Source: Amoebophrya sp. A120 (lineage: Eukaryota > Protista > Dinoflagellata). Taken from it: a stretch of 64,000 nucleotides of DNA. The DNA lies in contig CAJINV010000007.1 in NCBI GenBank assembly GCA_905178155.1, forward strand, positions 1,903,151-1,967,150, in the 5' to 3' direction. The position numbers and the translations under genes are program-made. Numbering within the stretch: position 1 is the stretch's first letter; each line of letters begins with the position of its first letter. Below are positions 1-12,162 of the stretch, piece after piece. The notes beneath the pieces were generated by a model, which had not been told where the DNA came from, searched no databases, and worked only from the letters and a program-made list of their open reading frames with translations.

Positions 1-32
1 TGAACCCGCAACAGTTAAACTGTTCATCTTCA

Positions 33-2219
33 ATGTCGCAGTTTCTCCTACCGTATCAAATGCAGCATCAAACTGGCACCAGTGCTGCGCCAGCGAGTAG
101 TACTAATATGTTGAATCCAAACGGCGCCACTGGGGGCGTTTTTCTTGGAGGTGCAGGAGCAGGTGGTGTTGTGGCCGCTCCTTTCTCGCAACAGCAGCAG
201 CTACAGCAGCAACAGCCTCTGGCGTCCTCGACATCGTGCGACGGAGCTGCAGCACCAGCGTTCATGATGAATAACAATAACCCAAACCCTACTCAACAAC
301 AGCAACAGCAATCTGCGGATAACCTTCGGGAATTTGCGATGTCCTTCAATTCCTCGACCTCGGCCGGGGGATTTGGGAACTCCCCGGGCTTCTCGCCCTG
401 CTTCGTTGCGCAGCCGCAGCTGCAGCAGCCCGGCGGATCAGGAGCAGGGGGAAGCTGCCTGAAGGGAGTGGTCGGAAACGAAAACATGTCTGCTGGCGGT
501 GGGGTCGTTCCGTTGTCGAGCGGAGATGTTGGAGGCGCGGCGTTTACAGCAACGGGTGGTGCACCAGGCTGCACGAATTTCGTTGCGCCGGGGGCGCAGT
601 TGCCGCATGGGTCCTCTTTTGGATCGAGTTTCAACATGGACACACAGAATATGAATGTCCAGCAGCAATTTCTTCATCAAGGCGCTCCGAACCCGAAGTC
701 CATGCAGCCTGAACAAATGTTGACTTGGACGATGAACTCCAATGGAGGTGTCAATCAGCAGCAGCTTTCGTCGCAGTCGCAGCCTTTCGTTCCGCAGCAG
801 CAGCTCCTGCAAGACCCGTTATTTGACAATAGCCTGATGATGAGCAAAAATTCTGATCAGCTCAACCAGAACCAGTTGTGCGGAGGCGGTGGACAGCTAT
901 ACAGCAATTCCGGAAGCGGACGACCGCCTCTAGGACCAAATACGACCGCAGGAAGCACCACTGGAGGCAAAAGCAACAATCTCTTTGGTAATTTTTCAAA
1001 CAGCGCGCACTTCCAACAGCAGCACGGGGGAGGCCCTGGGCCTCCGCTTAACAACCACTCAGTGCCGGGGGGTAAGAACCAGCAGCTTCCTCGAGAAATC
1101 AACTTGTCCACCAGTATCAACATCTCCGATCGGTACAATAACTTCAACAAGAATTATCGCGAGGACCTCCAGCAGAGTATGGGAACAACCAAGAACCAGA
1201 ATAGTAACTACAACGACATGAATTACCAAGCTCCATTCAGTGCGATCGAGACTGAACATTACAGCCGTGGGCTGGTGCCCGCTTCGTTCCTGTGTCACCA
1301 GCACAGCAAGGGAGGTGGATGCCCGGGCAGCGAGAGGACTACCTCCCGTGGAGGGGGCAAAGGTACTACTACCCGAGGAATGAACCATGGCAAGATGTCG
1401 GCGCAGAACAATAAACATGCTGGCGTCCGCGAAACGAGTAGTGCCGGTTATCATGCTTTTTCAGCGTCATCCACATCCGCGGTGCTGTTGAACGATGCCA
1501 ACTACTTACCGCCGGCGCGTGGTTGTGGTCAGGGAGGTAATTATAACGGCAAGCAGGGCGGCAAAATGCAATTGGGAAGCGGAAATCAGCAAGACAAACC
1601 ATTCATGTTCGCATCGGATAAAAATGGTAGTTACAACGCTAACTACAGCAACAGCGCCTCTGCCTCTGGCCAGTATAATCAGCAGCAGAACTACAATCTG
1701 GCCCCTGACGGCGCACCAGGTTCTTGTTCGCGGGGAGCAGGAGGTGGAGCCTCAGGTCGTGGACGCCGCAAGTGGTCTGTCTCGTCAAGCGGAGCAGGCG
1801 CAACTGCTAGCGGCACGGGGCTCATTCTGCAGAGCATGAATCACCATGCAGCTGCTGGTGCCGCACCACCGCAATTGTACCAAGATGAAATCAACATGAA
1901 GAATTATATAGGGAATGATCATGATGATCAGAGCTACAGCTATGGACAAGGAGCGCTTTCTCGTCGTGGAAGCTGCAAGGGTGGTGCGGGAGCTGGTGGA
2001 CCAAGCGGTGCAGGTCTAGGTGGTCGTGGATCCATCTTTCACACTTATCAGGAACGACCTTCGCGAAAGCAATCCAGTCGGTCGAACAGCAAAACGAGCT
2101 CCAAGCTCAATCTCAACATCCCGCCGCCGGTATCCGCCTGTGCAAAAAATTCGCCAACGTCGTCGTGCTCAATTTTTTGTAAGAACGCCAACTCGATGAA
2201 GATGATTTTGTTGTTGTAA
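33..2219 (+). CDS. Low-complexity Q/G/N/S-rich disordered protein (large exon)
   Basis: 728-aa ORF starting with ATG; poly-Q/G/N tracts; no recognisable domain; the 3' end may run into an intron. Confidence 0.6.
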   Translation: MSQFLLPYQMQHQTGTSAAPASSTNMLNPNGATGGVFLGGAGAGGVVAAPFSQQQQLQQQQPLASSTSCDGAAAPAFMMNNNNPNPTQQQQQQSADNLREFAMSFNSSTSAGGFGNSPGFSPCFVAQPQLQQPGGSGAGGSCLKGVVGNENMSAGGGVVPLSSGDVGGAAFTATGGAPGCTNFVAPGAQLPHGSSFGSSFNMDTQNMNVQQQFLHQGAPNPKSMQPEQMLTWTMNSNGGVNQQQLSSQSQPFVPQQQLLQDPLFDNSLMMSKNSDQLNQNQLCGGGGQLYSNSGSGRPPLGPNTTAGSTTGGKSNNLFGNFSNSAHFQQQHGGGPGPPLNNHSVPGGKNQQLPREINLSTSINISDRYNNFNKNYREDLQQSMGTTKNQNSNYNDMNYQAPFSAIETEHYSRGLVPASFLCHQHSKGGGCPGSERTTSRGGGKGTTTRGMNHGKMSAQNNKHAGVRETSSAGYHAFSASSTSAVLLNDANYLPPARGCGQGGNYNGKQGGKMQLGSGNQQDKPFMFASDKNGSYNANYSNSASASGQYNQQQNYNLAPDGAPGSCSRGAGGGASGRGRRKWSVSSSGAGATASGTGLILQSMNHHAAAGAAPPQLYQDEINMKNYIGNDHDDQSYSYGQGALSRRGSCKGGAGAGGPSGAGLGGRGSIFHTYQERPSRKQSSRSNSKTSSKLNLNIPPPVSACAKNSPTSSCSIFCKNANSMKMILLL

Positions 2220-2651
2220 ATGAAAATGAGCGTCGATGTCGAAATGTATAATTTACTGGCTAGTGCTATTTCACTTCAGGAGCCTCTACTGCTTCATGCA
2301 CTGCAAATTGAGCAGGGCACTGTGGATGATTTTGCATGGCATATCCGCCCCTGCCGACACAGATTCCCCCTCCATTTCCGCCTGTGAAGGTATTAGTTTT
2401 GGTTTATAGTAAGCATTGATATGTTTAATTTGATGTTATCTGTAGCTTCTTGTTCCACCTCATTGTATCTACGTTCTTTTGCAGCTCCTGTCGCCCAGAA
2501 AATCCTCAATGACACGATACCGTAGGGCCCCCGCCAAAACCGCAGCCGCAGTGGTACGAAGGGCTTTGGCGGAGGGGGCGGTGCTTCAACTACATCAGCA
2601 CATGCTGGTCTAGTCCGGCCACCGCGCAGTGTTGACGAAGGCAGTGCTGAG

Positions 2652-4925
2652 ATGAACAAGCAACGAACCCTGTCTGCCTCCGAGCTTCTGCGGTTTGTGG
2701 GCTCTGAGAAAGCTGCAAACACTACTGGTGGAAAAGGTGCAGCAAAGAACATCCTCGTTGCGCCTGCAGTCCAGCCGCCACCGTTTCCACCCACGACCGG
2801 CGGGGGGCGGAATGCGAAGGACGCGCCGTCTGCACCCGCGCCGTCGCTGTTAAAAAACAGCAGCACTTGTAAAAATAGCGGAACAGTAGATGAGAAGTTT
2901 CCGACCGCGGAGTTGTCGTCCGGTGCGACGCAAGACGAGAAGGAGAAAAAAGATGGCGATCATGTTCATGCAGGAATTGTTCTAGACGATAGCGCTACTT
3001 TGGAAGAAGATTTCATCGGGCTACAAGATGAAGATGATGCAAATAACCTACACGAAGAGTATACCGATTTGGAGGACGAGGACGATGATCATGATGATTA
3101 CCTGGATCTCACCTGCAAATCCAGTGCACAAGCCGACCCCAAAATCCGGATCACCGGCCGCGGCCAAGTGTACTTTGACGACGCAACTGGAAAGGCTTTC
3201 CTGGTCTCAGCGTCGCGTGCTGGAGGGAGGAGGACGAGAGAAGCCAGCACCGAACAAGAACAGAATGAAAGTAGAGGGTTACATACTAGTGATAACAAGG
3301 ACAATGATGATCTGAATCTTCCAGAAGAAGTTGTACCTTTGCCCGGAGATGAGGACGACAACACGACGCACGGAACAATGAAAGTCAAACCGTCCTCGTC
3401 TTCCCCTTCCGCGGAAAATCCCGAAAAATGTGGTCGCTTAGCTGCTTCTCGCCGCAGGAGCTGGGCCGAGCTGCAGTACGTCCCGAACAAGAATCATAAA
3501 CAGGCTAGTACTCTAATAAGATCACGAAAGCGCAACATCAGCAGCGCAGAAAGCGTGTACAAGATCACGAAGGCAGCTCATCACCAAGATGAAGACAGTG
3601 CTGATGAACATGAATGTTCGATGAAAACGAGACGCGTATCCTCCGGTCGGGATCACGCTGCTCCTGTCAGCTCGTGGTCTAGGGCTAATATGCAGAGAAA
3701 ATGATAATTTCCCGTACGTGTACAAATGCGGGGGCTTTTACTTTACTCGTTCCAGTTCTTCCTATCCCTATTCAGCATGACAAGCGGCATCCTCGTCCAA
3801 GTTGGCGAGATTTGTGATGCATTTTGTACGTGTGCAGGAATACTACATTTGTAAGATTGCATAAGAACTTCTGTCCTCTCGTCTGGAAGAGGGTCGAAGA
3901 GAAACAGTCTATGCGGTCTTTTCGACAGCCAGCCCAGCAGACGGAGTAGCAAAATCAAGATGTTGGAAAGGCCTGCGTCACTGGAATCGATGCTGGTTTC
4001 GCGGAGCAGCACCATTGTAGTTCGGCGCAAGGCGAGCAAAGAGCTTCAACAGGACGGGGCTGCTGATGTCGACTTGGTGCCAGTGTTGGAGGAATCGATC
4101 CACAGCAGGTGCAGGCAGCGCACCGAGGAAGTGGAAGTGCAGCCGGACAAGGAAATTACGAAAGAACCTGGTCATGGGCTGCTGCAAGAAGGCGACGCGG
4201 GTCTGCAGGTGCTGGCTAAAAGCTCGACAACTCTTCAACCCGCAGTTGTCGCACAGAACAAGCCGCTACAACTGGAAGTTTCGCCGGTGAAAAGGGTACA
4301 ACTCTTTTTGTATTACGTCGATAGCGGCATCTAGGTCGTGATGCGTGTTTTCTTTATTTTTTTCATGAACATGTTGATCTTGATAGGGTTTAGGCTATCA
4401 ACAAGCGAAATTATTGCCTCATCGCTTCTACCTTCGTCTTCTGCATGAAGAAAAACTAGGTGCCACTGCAAAACTATTTCAACAAAAAATAATAAAAACT
4501 CATAAATAAAAAAATAGGTTCTCTCGCCAGAAGAACATCGAGCGCAGAACGGCAAATTTTTAATCAGCAACCACGGCCTAGTGTTGAAGGATCATCGTGA
4601 AGCTGCCGCCGAAGCTGGTCGTGGTGCACCAGAAGTGGCAGAACTGCCACGTCACGAAAGCAACAGCAAGACAAATGCTGACGACGGAGAGCAACAAGAA
4701 AGCGATCTTCAGGATCCTAACTTCCACCAAAGCGGACGACCAAGCGACAGAGACGAAGGGGACGGGCGGCCGTCGAAAAACAAGGACGAGGGTTCGTTCA
4801 ACAGAGTCGATAGTTGGGGAACCTGGGGCGATCTGTCGCCGGTCAGACCCGAGCGCATTTTAATGACGATCTGTGCGAAAGCCCTGCTACAGACTACAAT
4901 GGACGCAGGTATACTAGAACAGTAG
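2652..4925 (+). CDS. Further exons of acidic/disordered protein(s), possibly the same gene as 33-2219
   Basis: ORFs 2652-3704, 3960-4334 and 4581-4925 with a similar low-complexity style, separated by AT-rich intron-like gaps; exact exon structure not resolved. Confidence 0.4.
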
Positions 4926-5474
4926 AAGAGATGATGATGATGATGATGCTGTGGCGAGCAAGTAAAGAAATGTCTTTTATTATGTCGTGCACGTGTAGCT
5001 GCAGATTTTGCTACTTTCCTCTAGAAATTTTGCTTTAATGAAAACAGCCTCCGCGTCGAGCGCGCGACGCAACAAGAAGACCCGCGGTGTGGGTTATGGA
5101 TATGGTGTATCATCTTTTCCGCGTATGTCTCAGATAAACCTACACATTCGTGTCAGTGTCGGTGCTGTGCTTTTGGACTTGGACAACCCCATGTGGTGCA
5201 TTGAAAATGTCATGAACTTCAACTTCTCACAGCGACAGCATGATAGATGCATGACAGAGAATGATAATTATGCGAGTGCCTGCTGATGATTATGTGCGTA
5301 GGAAAAGTACAGGGTCCTCGCACTACACAACTTGAAGGAGAAATAAATCAACGAGCAGGACGTACTATTTCAGGCTGAGGAAGATAAACCTACATGCAAC
5401 TACTACGTTGTGCTCCTACTTTGTGCGCAAGCTCATCTTCACCTTGTTCTCTGCACTGACACTGTGTAGTTCAT

Positions 5475-8400
5475 GTGTTGTTTATCACTTGTATACGAAA
5501 CACGGCGCAACCGGGTCAACAGGGCTCTCCCGACTTGCCAACCTTGCTTCAGCACCATACCACGCCCCCGCTCGACATGCAGACACCGGATCCGAAGTCC
5601 AGTATAACCTTCCAACAGCATCATGACAACTACTACAAAACCCCACAGAGGACGCTCGGAGGCCGTGGGGGCTTTGATGGAAGTCGAGTATCGCAAGAAA
5701 AAACTGTTTCACTGTAAACGTGTAATGCAGAAACTGCATCTGAGAAGTTGAAGTGTTTGTCTTGCTACACAGGGTTCATGGATGCAATAAATACACATGC
5801 AAGACGCTAGATTTTTCGCTGTGTTTTCCCTTAGGAATCAATCTCGCATCGCAAATTTTCTCTGTGATGTAGTAGAACAAACTTGTCGTGATGCAAAACT
5901 TGCAAAATCCTAACAGTGAAGCACTTTTTTCGTACGATATCGGGGAAGCCACAACCAATACCAGGACCCGCACAAGTACTGCGGCAGCATCGACGAATGC
6001 GAAGAGCAGTGCCAGCAGCAGCACATCAGAGGTAGTGGTGGAGGACCGCACTCGCATCAGTTTCACCAACAGGAGAGCAACAGTTTATTTCCCAACGACC
6101 AGATGATGAACTACAATCAGAACTACAACGGCCCCCGTCCAAGTGGAGCATGTGTTAACGTGAACTCGAACATGAACAATTTGAATTTCATGAACAACGA
6201 GGACAACCAAAACTGTTACAACATCACCGGTTCGTTGCAATATCAAAACCGATACTCGCCCAACGAAAATAACTCCTCTTTTCAGAATGCCGCAAGAAGC
6301 TCCCCTGGTGTAGTAGAGCACCAGCATCAAAGGCACCACATAAGCCGGGGCGGTGGGAATTACAGTGCCTCGTCGCTATATGCTGCTACGGGAAGTTGTG
6401 CTCAGCAACGAAGCCCGGGCATTTCTGGTAACGCCCATGGGCGCCGCAGTGGGGGTCTCATATCCGATGGAAAATCACTACCACGGTCACCATCAAGATT
6501 ATAAACATAAACAACGAGCTCTCGCATAATTTTTAACGATGAAGGAATAAATAAAGATAAACACAGAGGCAAATAAGCATTTTTTTCGTCAGCAGCTCGT
6601 CTCACGACCAGGTTCCAGGAAATGAATTATGCGCGCTTGTTCTTTTGCCTGTTACAACATACTTCGAGTTTGATGGTACGTCGTGTTTCCTTAATTTATT
6701 CACACGGCATACAGTACGGCGGCGGCGCAGATTGGCCGAAACTCGGTGTATAACAGCTACAGCAATAAAAACTTGAATAAGAGGGGCGAAGTGGAGCAAG
6801 CCACCACGGTGATGATCCAGAACGTGCCGAACGCGCTGGGGCAGCAGGACCTCCTGCACATTATCGATCACGATTTCAACTTCAAGGGCTTGTACTAACA
6901 CTTCTTGTTGCTGCGTTTTCTTGATCGACGTGCAATAGAGTAGCGTCGTCCTCGTCCATTTAATTTACTGAAATTTAATATGAAAGTCGTCGTATCTTTT
7001 ACTTTTGTAGTTTTCTCCTCGCGATGTTGCAGCAAGAATGGAAACAAGTTCGGGCATCATGCTTCTTCTGGACGATAAGTAGAATGAATATGAGTTGTAT
7101 GCTTCTGGATCATGAAATAAATTATGAAGCACGTAGCCCAAAACGGGAAGGCGAAGGGAATGATCACAACGATGAACAAAAATTTTATTCGGTTAAAAAA
7201 AATCGCGGAATAATTGTTCCAGGTACGATTTTTTCTACTTGCCGATTGATTTCGAGTCCAAGGCTAATTTCGGGTACGCGTTCGTCAACTTTGTCTGTCC
7301 CAACGACTATCAAAATAGAAAAACCCCCCACCCCACATCAACACGAAATCTGTGATGCTGGATTTGCGTACACAAATCAGATTTGTCTTGTTGGAGAGAA
7401 CTGCAGGCCCATACTAAGCCTGAGTAAAGAGGTTTTGGGCTACGCTCTTAGCATGAGAAACGTCTGCGCTGTAGGCCCAACAGCATCACAAACCGCCTGC
7501 ATGATGCTGCGGAGCCTGTGGAGTTGCCTTCTTGCAACACAGAGATGCCGCGTGGTCGCAAATCAGCATTGCAAATTTTCTGCGACGTACCTTCTCGGTA
7601 CGGGGAGGGGGGATTTTTCCTCACAATAACGACGTCCAGCCCTTCATCAACGCCTTTTCCGGGCTATCAAAGTGAAAAAAGCCCCCACCCCATATCGGAT
7701 ACGGAAGATGCGCGAACTTGTGATGCTGTATTTGAGTACACAAATCGACTTGTATTGCTGGAAGGCCAACAGACGAAGCTGCGGCCTAAATTGCCGGTAA
7801 TCCGTCATGCTGTTTCCCACTTCCAGCTGCCTCCTGTCATCCTGGAGCATCAAGGCTTTCCCACGCTAGACAGCACTACAGTCCGCATCTTTTGCCTTCT
7901 AGCATCACAAAGCTGATTTGTGACCACAAATCTGCATCACAGATTTCCGCTTTGATATGGTGAGGGGGCATTTTTCATTGTAATACGGGCAAAAGCTGCA
8001 CGAGAAATCCAAGAAACTCGCCAACTGCGTGCTCGCGCAACTGCAAGGAAGGGAAAGCAACATCGCTTACTACCGGAATTCGGCCATGAATCGGGCGACC
8101 ATCCCAGAAGACTTCAAGCCGGTCATTATTTCCCCGGACGGTATTGATGATGGATTTTTATATGGTGATTTTTATTCATGTTGATGTCGAAGAGCAGCTT
8201 CCACTTCTACGATGAAATATTCATTGCATTTCACTTTAGTGATCATCTGATGCTTGTTGTTGTTCAGCTTCAACTTGTCTGAAAAAAGGATTAGTATGAC
8301 GGTCTTCAGCCTTGAACCACCCTACTGCTTTATCGACGGCATGGTTACCTCCACTCTGAAAAAAACCTGCACTTCAACAGGTAAGCGCGCTCCCCTGCCC

Positions 8401-9426
8401 CCACCGGACAAAGATCTGAAACCGATTATGCCGCGCGCGAAGCGACCGAGTAGCAATAATTACTACGGAAGCAATAGCGGCGGTGGGCGCGGCGGGGGCG
8501 GCGGCGGGGGAAATATTAGCGGAGGAGGTTTTGGTGGCAATAACAGTGCTTTTAACCAGTCGCCGCCGCTTGTGTCCTCCTCCTCCTCCACTGGAGGAGC
8601 GCATCAGCAGCAGCGAGGAGGTGAACTATCCACAGGAAAAAACCGATCCACACCCATTCTTTGCATGGCAAACGCATGATTTGCATTTGATAAGTGTTTT
8701 GCATGACAAATTGGATATGGATGGGCTTTTTTCTGTGGATATGAACAACACTTATTTCACAACAACAGCACTGGAACAAACCCTCCAAACGTGATGAACA
8801 GCACCAGTAGCAGTAGCAGCGGAAACAGTGGCGGCCGTGGCCCAGATACTAGTACCGGCGCCAGGGGCGACGAAAATCCGAACTCCATATGTTCGTCCTC
8901 TTACAACAAGATGAATGATTTTGAGCAGCCTGAGAACCAAGATCATCGTCTTCAGGTTCATGAAGTGGACGAGTCCAGTAATGACAAGCAGCACGACCAA
9001 AGGGACTACAACACGACTAGGTCGTCTTGTTGGAAGCCGAAACTGCGACTTTCCCCGAACAACAAGAAAAGCAGCACGAGAGACAGTCCCCAAGCAGCTG
9101 CAGGAGTAGTAGATTCTGGGTCTTCATCTTCTAGTGGTTCTTACGCGACGGCGAGTGAGCAGATGAACAATACCAGCGGGTCCGGTTCACATCACAACGC
9201 TGGAAATGTTGATCCGATCATGCGCAACAGCCGTGGTAACACTAACAAGAACAACAAAGGTATTAAAGGTGGAGGTAAGCGCGGCGGCGGAAAGGGCAAC
9301 AACTACATGCGGGATAGGAATTCGCAAGGGGGGGCTGGTGGTGGCTCCGCGAAAAACAGTCCCGGGCTGGAATCGTCCGCTTCGAGCGGCTCGCCAGCAG
9401 CTGTGCGAGCGGCGGAGCTGTACTAA
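5475..9426 (+). CDS. Mei2-like RNA-binding protein (C-terminal RRM, RRM_2 type), multi-exon
   Basis: Removing the GT-AG intron 6892-7222 and the introners at 7308 and 7665 gives [101 protein letters not shown], the Mei2 RRM3 signature; stop at 9426; 5' end approximate. Confidence 0.85.
7308..7628. mobile_element. Introner family A (non-canonical intron/MITE)
   Basis: TAT...ATA ends, imperfect TIR (AAAAACCCCCCACCCC / GGGGAGGGGGATTTTT), 5-bp direct repeat ACGAC; removal restores the RRM frame. Confidence 0.9.
7665..7985. mobile_element. Introner family A, opposite orientation to the 7308 copy
   Basis: TAT...ATA, TSD CGGGC (7660-7664 / 7986-7990); removal gives FSGQKLHEK in frame. Confidence 0.9.
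8627..8741. mobile_element. Introner family B (short)
   Basis: TATCCACAG...CTGTGGATA TIR, TSD TGAAC; similar to 54408-54521. Confidence 0.9.
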
Positions 9427-12162
9427 GTAGCGGAAGCGGATGTAGTAAAAAATAAAAGTGCTGGGTGTAGTACGAAAGATGTGTTGACGAGAACTTGTTT
9501 GACTTCTACTTCAGCTTCAAAAGGAAAAAGCGGCGCAACAAGATGAAGGAGAGAAAGTCGACTGCAAAAAAACAAAAGAAGATTGTGAAGACATTGTGTA
9601 GTGTAAAAAAAGAAGTCGCGTTAGTTTGAAGGGAGCATAGAAGAGGCATCTCCCCTTTTTTTCTATGAGGATGGGACTATCGAAAAAAATATGAGCATCA
9701 TACCATAGAAGAAACATGAACATGAAGTTCTAATTCATAGCAGAATAAAACGCACGACGGCTACTTAGGTCGAACTACAACGACAGCAGAGAATGGTGAA
9801 TAACCTATCACGGTTTATTGTGTCCCTCTTTGTTTCATAATGATAGTTAGACTTCGTGCTAGCGTTTCTTGTGACTATAGCTGTTCAGCGTTTTGTTTTT
9901 TTTCAGTTAAAGCAATACCCTTTATCTTGGACGAAGGATAAGGCGCGTCATGATATTTGTTTATTTCGAAGAAAATCAAAATGCGTGAAAAAAATTGGGT
10001 GCAGAAGCTGTACCTGTTCCGATTTCTTTTTGTGCTTATTTTTTTACTCTTTTCCTAATTTTTCTTCTTCGTACAGAAGTTCGCATGATTGACTGGGTAG
10101 TGCAGCATGTAATTCGAATGAATATACTTACATACAGATGCCTTATCTCTGCTTCTGAGAAATGGCATCCATTCCTCTGACTTCATTCCGGCATATTCCT
10201 GATCCTTGTATTGCTGCATTTTTAAAGAAGATTTCTATGTGTAATAGTAATTATTTGAGTTGCCGAGCACAAGATTCGAAGAAGATGAACGGCGTTTGAT
10301 ATAGAGTTTAGATTTGCGTCGCTAGTTACGCTATCATGCTCATGCACACTGTGTATGATTGAACTTGCAGAGGACCAAGCTAAGTGAATAATGATTGTTA
10401 TTGTAACTATACCAGATCCACTTTGTTTCAGGCGCGTGCTGGAATCACAATATTATTGTAGACATCTCCATGCTCAAGCAGCTCCAGGTTCAAAATAAAA
10501 AAAAAGTAAATTCAAAAAATAGCTCTGGGTCTGCGTCTGGTGCGCTCTATTACTAAGCTACTAACAAACTATCGATCGTTTATGTTGGTGGTCCTCTTTC
10601 TGATGTTATGATAGTGACTATATTCTCCTCGCTTTATTCCTTCAAGATTGGCAAATGCTATTCATATTCTTAAGTTCTCTTTTGGATAGCTCAGCTGGTT
10701 AGCCAATATGCAAGGCCTTTTTCTGATGTTGTACTATTGTTACTTTTCATTGATGGACGAAGCAAGGAACAACCAAGAGTCAAACACGAAGAAAATTGAC
10801 GGTGAAAATATGAAATTCTGCTTGCCAGTTGCTAACGTTTCGTGTGGCTCTATCGAGATGAAGAACGGCTTTTCAGTTTTGACTTTTTCTGTAGTCATTT
10901 TTTTCTAATTTTGATCAAAGAAATCATTGCCACTCCAATTTCAAAAATCAACTTTCTGGAAAACGTACCCTGCTTGTAGTTGCTCTGATACAGTTTATGT
11001 TTTTATCTTTCAGAGTACCATTCACATTTCACAAATAACAGTAACGGTTTTACGCCAAAAGGCGGCATCTCAGAGTACTCAAAGTAAATTTCCGACTTCT
11101 AATATTTCTATTTATTCCTCGAAACGAAGGCAATATTTTGAAAAGTCAATAAAAGAAACAGATGCGATTTATATGGTGTATTTGGAAGCAGAAGCACTAC
11201 TAACTTTGGAAGCCTCGTCAAGATTTCTGGTTTGTTAAAAGAAAACTCAAAATAACTTACTCAATCAATATATAGACTTCTATTTTCTATTGACGAATGT
11301 GCCCGAGGATCTCTCATGCGACATAATATTCGACCTGAACAAGGTTTGACTCTTGATTGATTTTGATTAGACATTTGGATTTTTGGGGTGAATTTATTAC
11401 GAAGTAGCGATTCCTGTGAAGGAAAAATCAACAAAATGATGTTGGACAATTGCATTCCATTTTCCTGGTGGTTGTTCGTTTCGGAGCCCTTCAAAGATGG
11501 AAGATGATTTTTCGACTCCGCTCCGCTACCGTGTGTACTATCATGTTGATGTTTGTCCGTCTCCCTTCATGAGGACGAAAGTACAAATAGATCCATTTTC
11601 ATTCACGTGCTGGTCGAAAAAATTGATTACCTGAAGACAAGACATTGTATGTGTATGATGTTTGCAGTTGTGTAGTTACTCGGAAGGTCGAAATCTTACA
11701 CGTAACAGGACCCGATTTTTAGTATCAGTATTTACATTTATCTTCTTTTTGGCTTGCAAAATCCGTTGCATATTTACATGAGTTGTTATGTCAGAGTCTT
11801 GAATTCGATTTCGAACCCAATAAACTCCTCTGTGGCAGTAAATAGGTGTCGTTGTCGTGAAGTTACGCATCCATGCTGTCTGGCAGGAGCTCTTCTAGCA
11901 GCTCCAGTCTAACCTGCCGCTTGATCTTTTGCTTTTGTTTTCCTGCTTCCCCTACGACGACGTAGCTAGATGATCGTAGTTCAATTAGTTAAAGACTTTA
12001 ACTAATTGTAAACGGTAAACAAGACGTCGAAAACTAGTACAAAAATGCTGCCGCAATCGTACATACGTGCGAAAAGCAGGCTTCGCTTGGCGTAAAAAAG
12101 ACAAAGAGACGAAAAGAAGTGTTGTTGGAGCGGTCAAGAAAGAACGAGCCGAAAAGCATACC

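Noticed and set aside
7024-7916. ORFs 7024-7629 and 7518-7916, and similar short ORFs over other introners
   Set aside because: They read through intron or introner sequence; the real frame is the spliced host gene
9430-12100. Short ORFs in AT-rich DNA
   Set aside because: No motifs or coding-like composition; treated as intergenic/UTR. No tRNA, rRNA or CRISPR array recognised anywhere in the window
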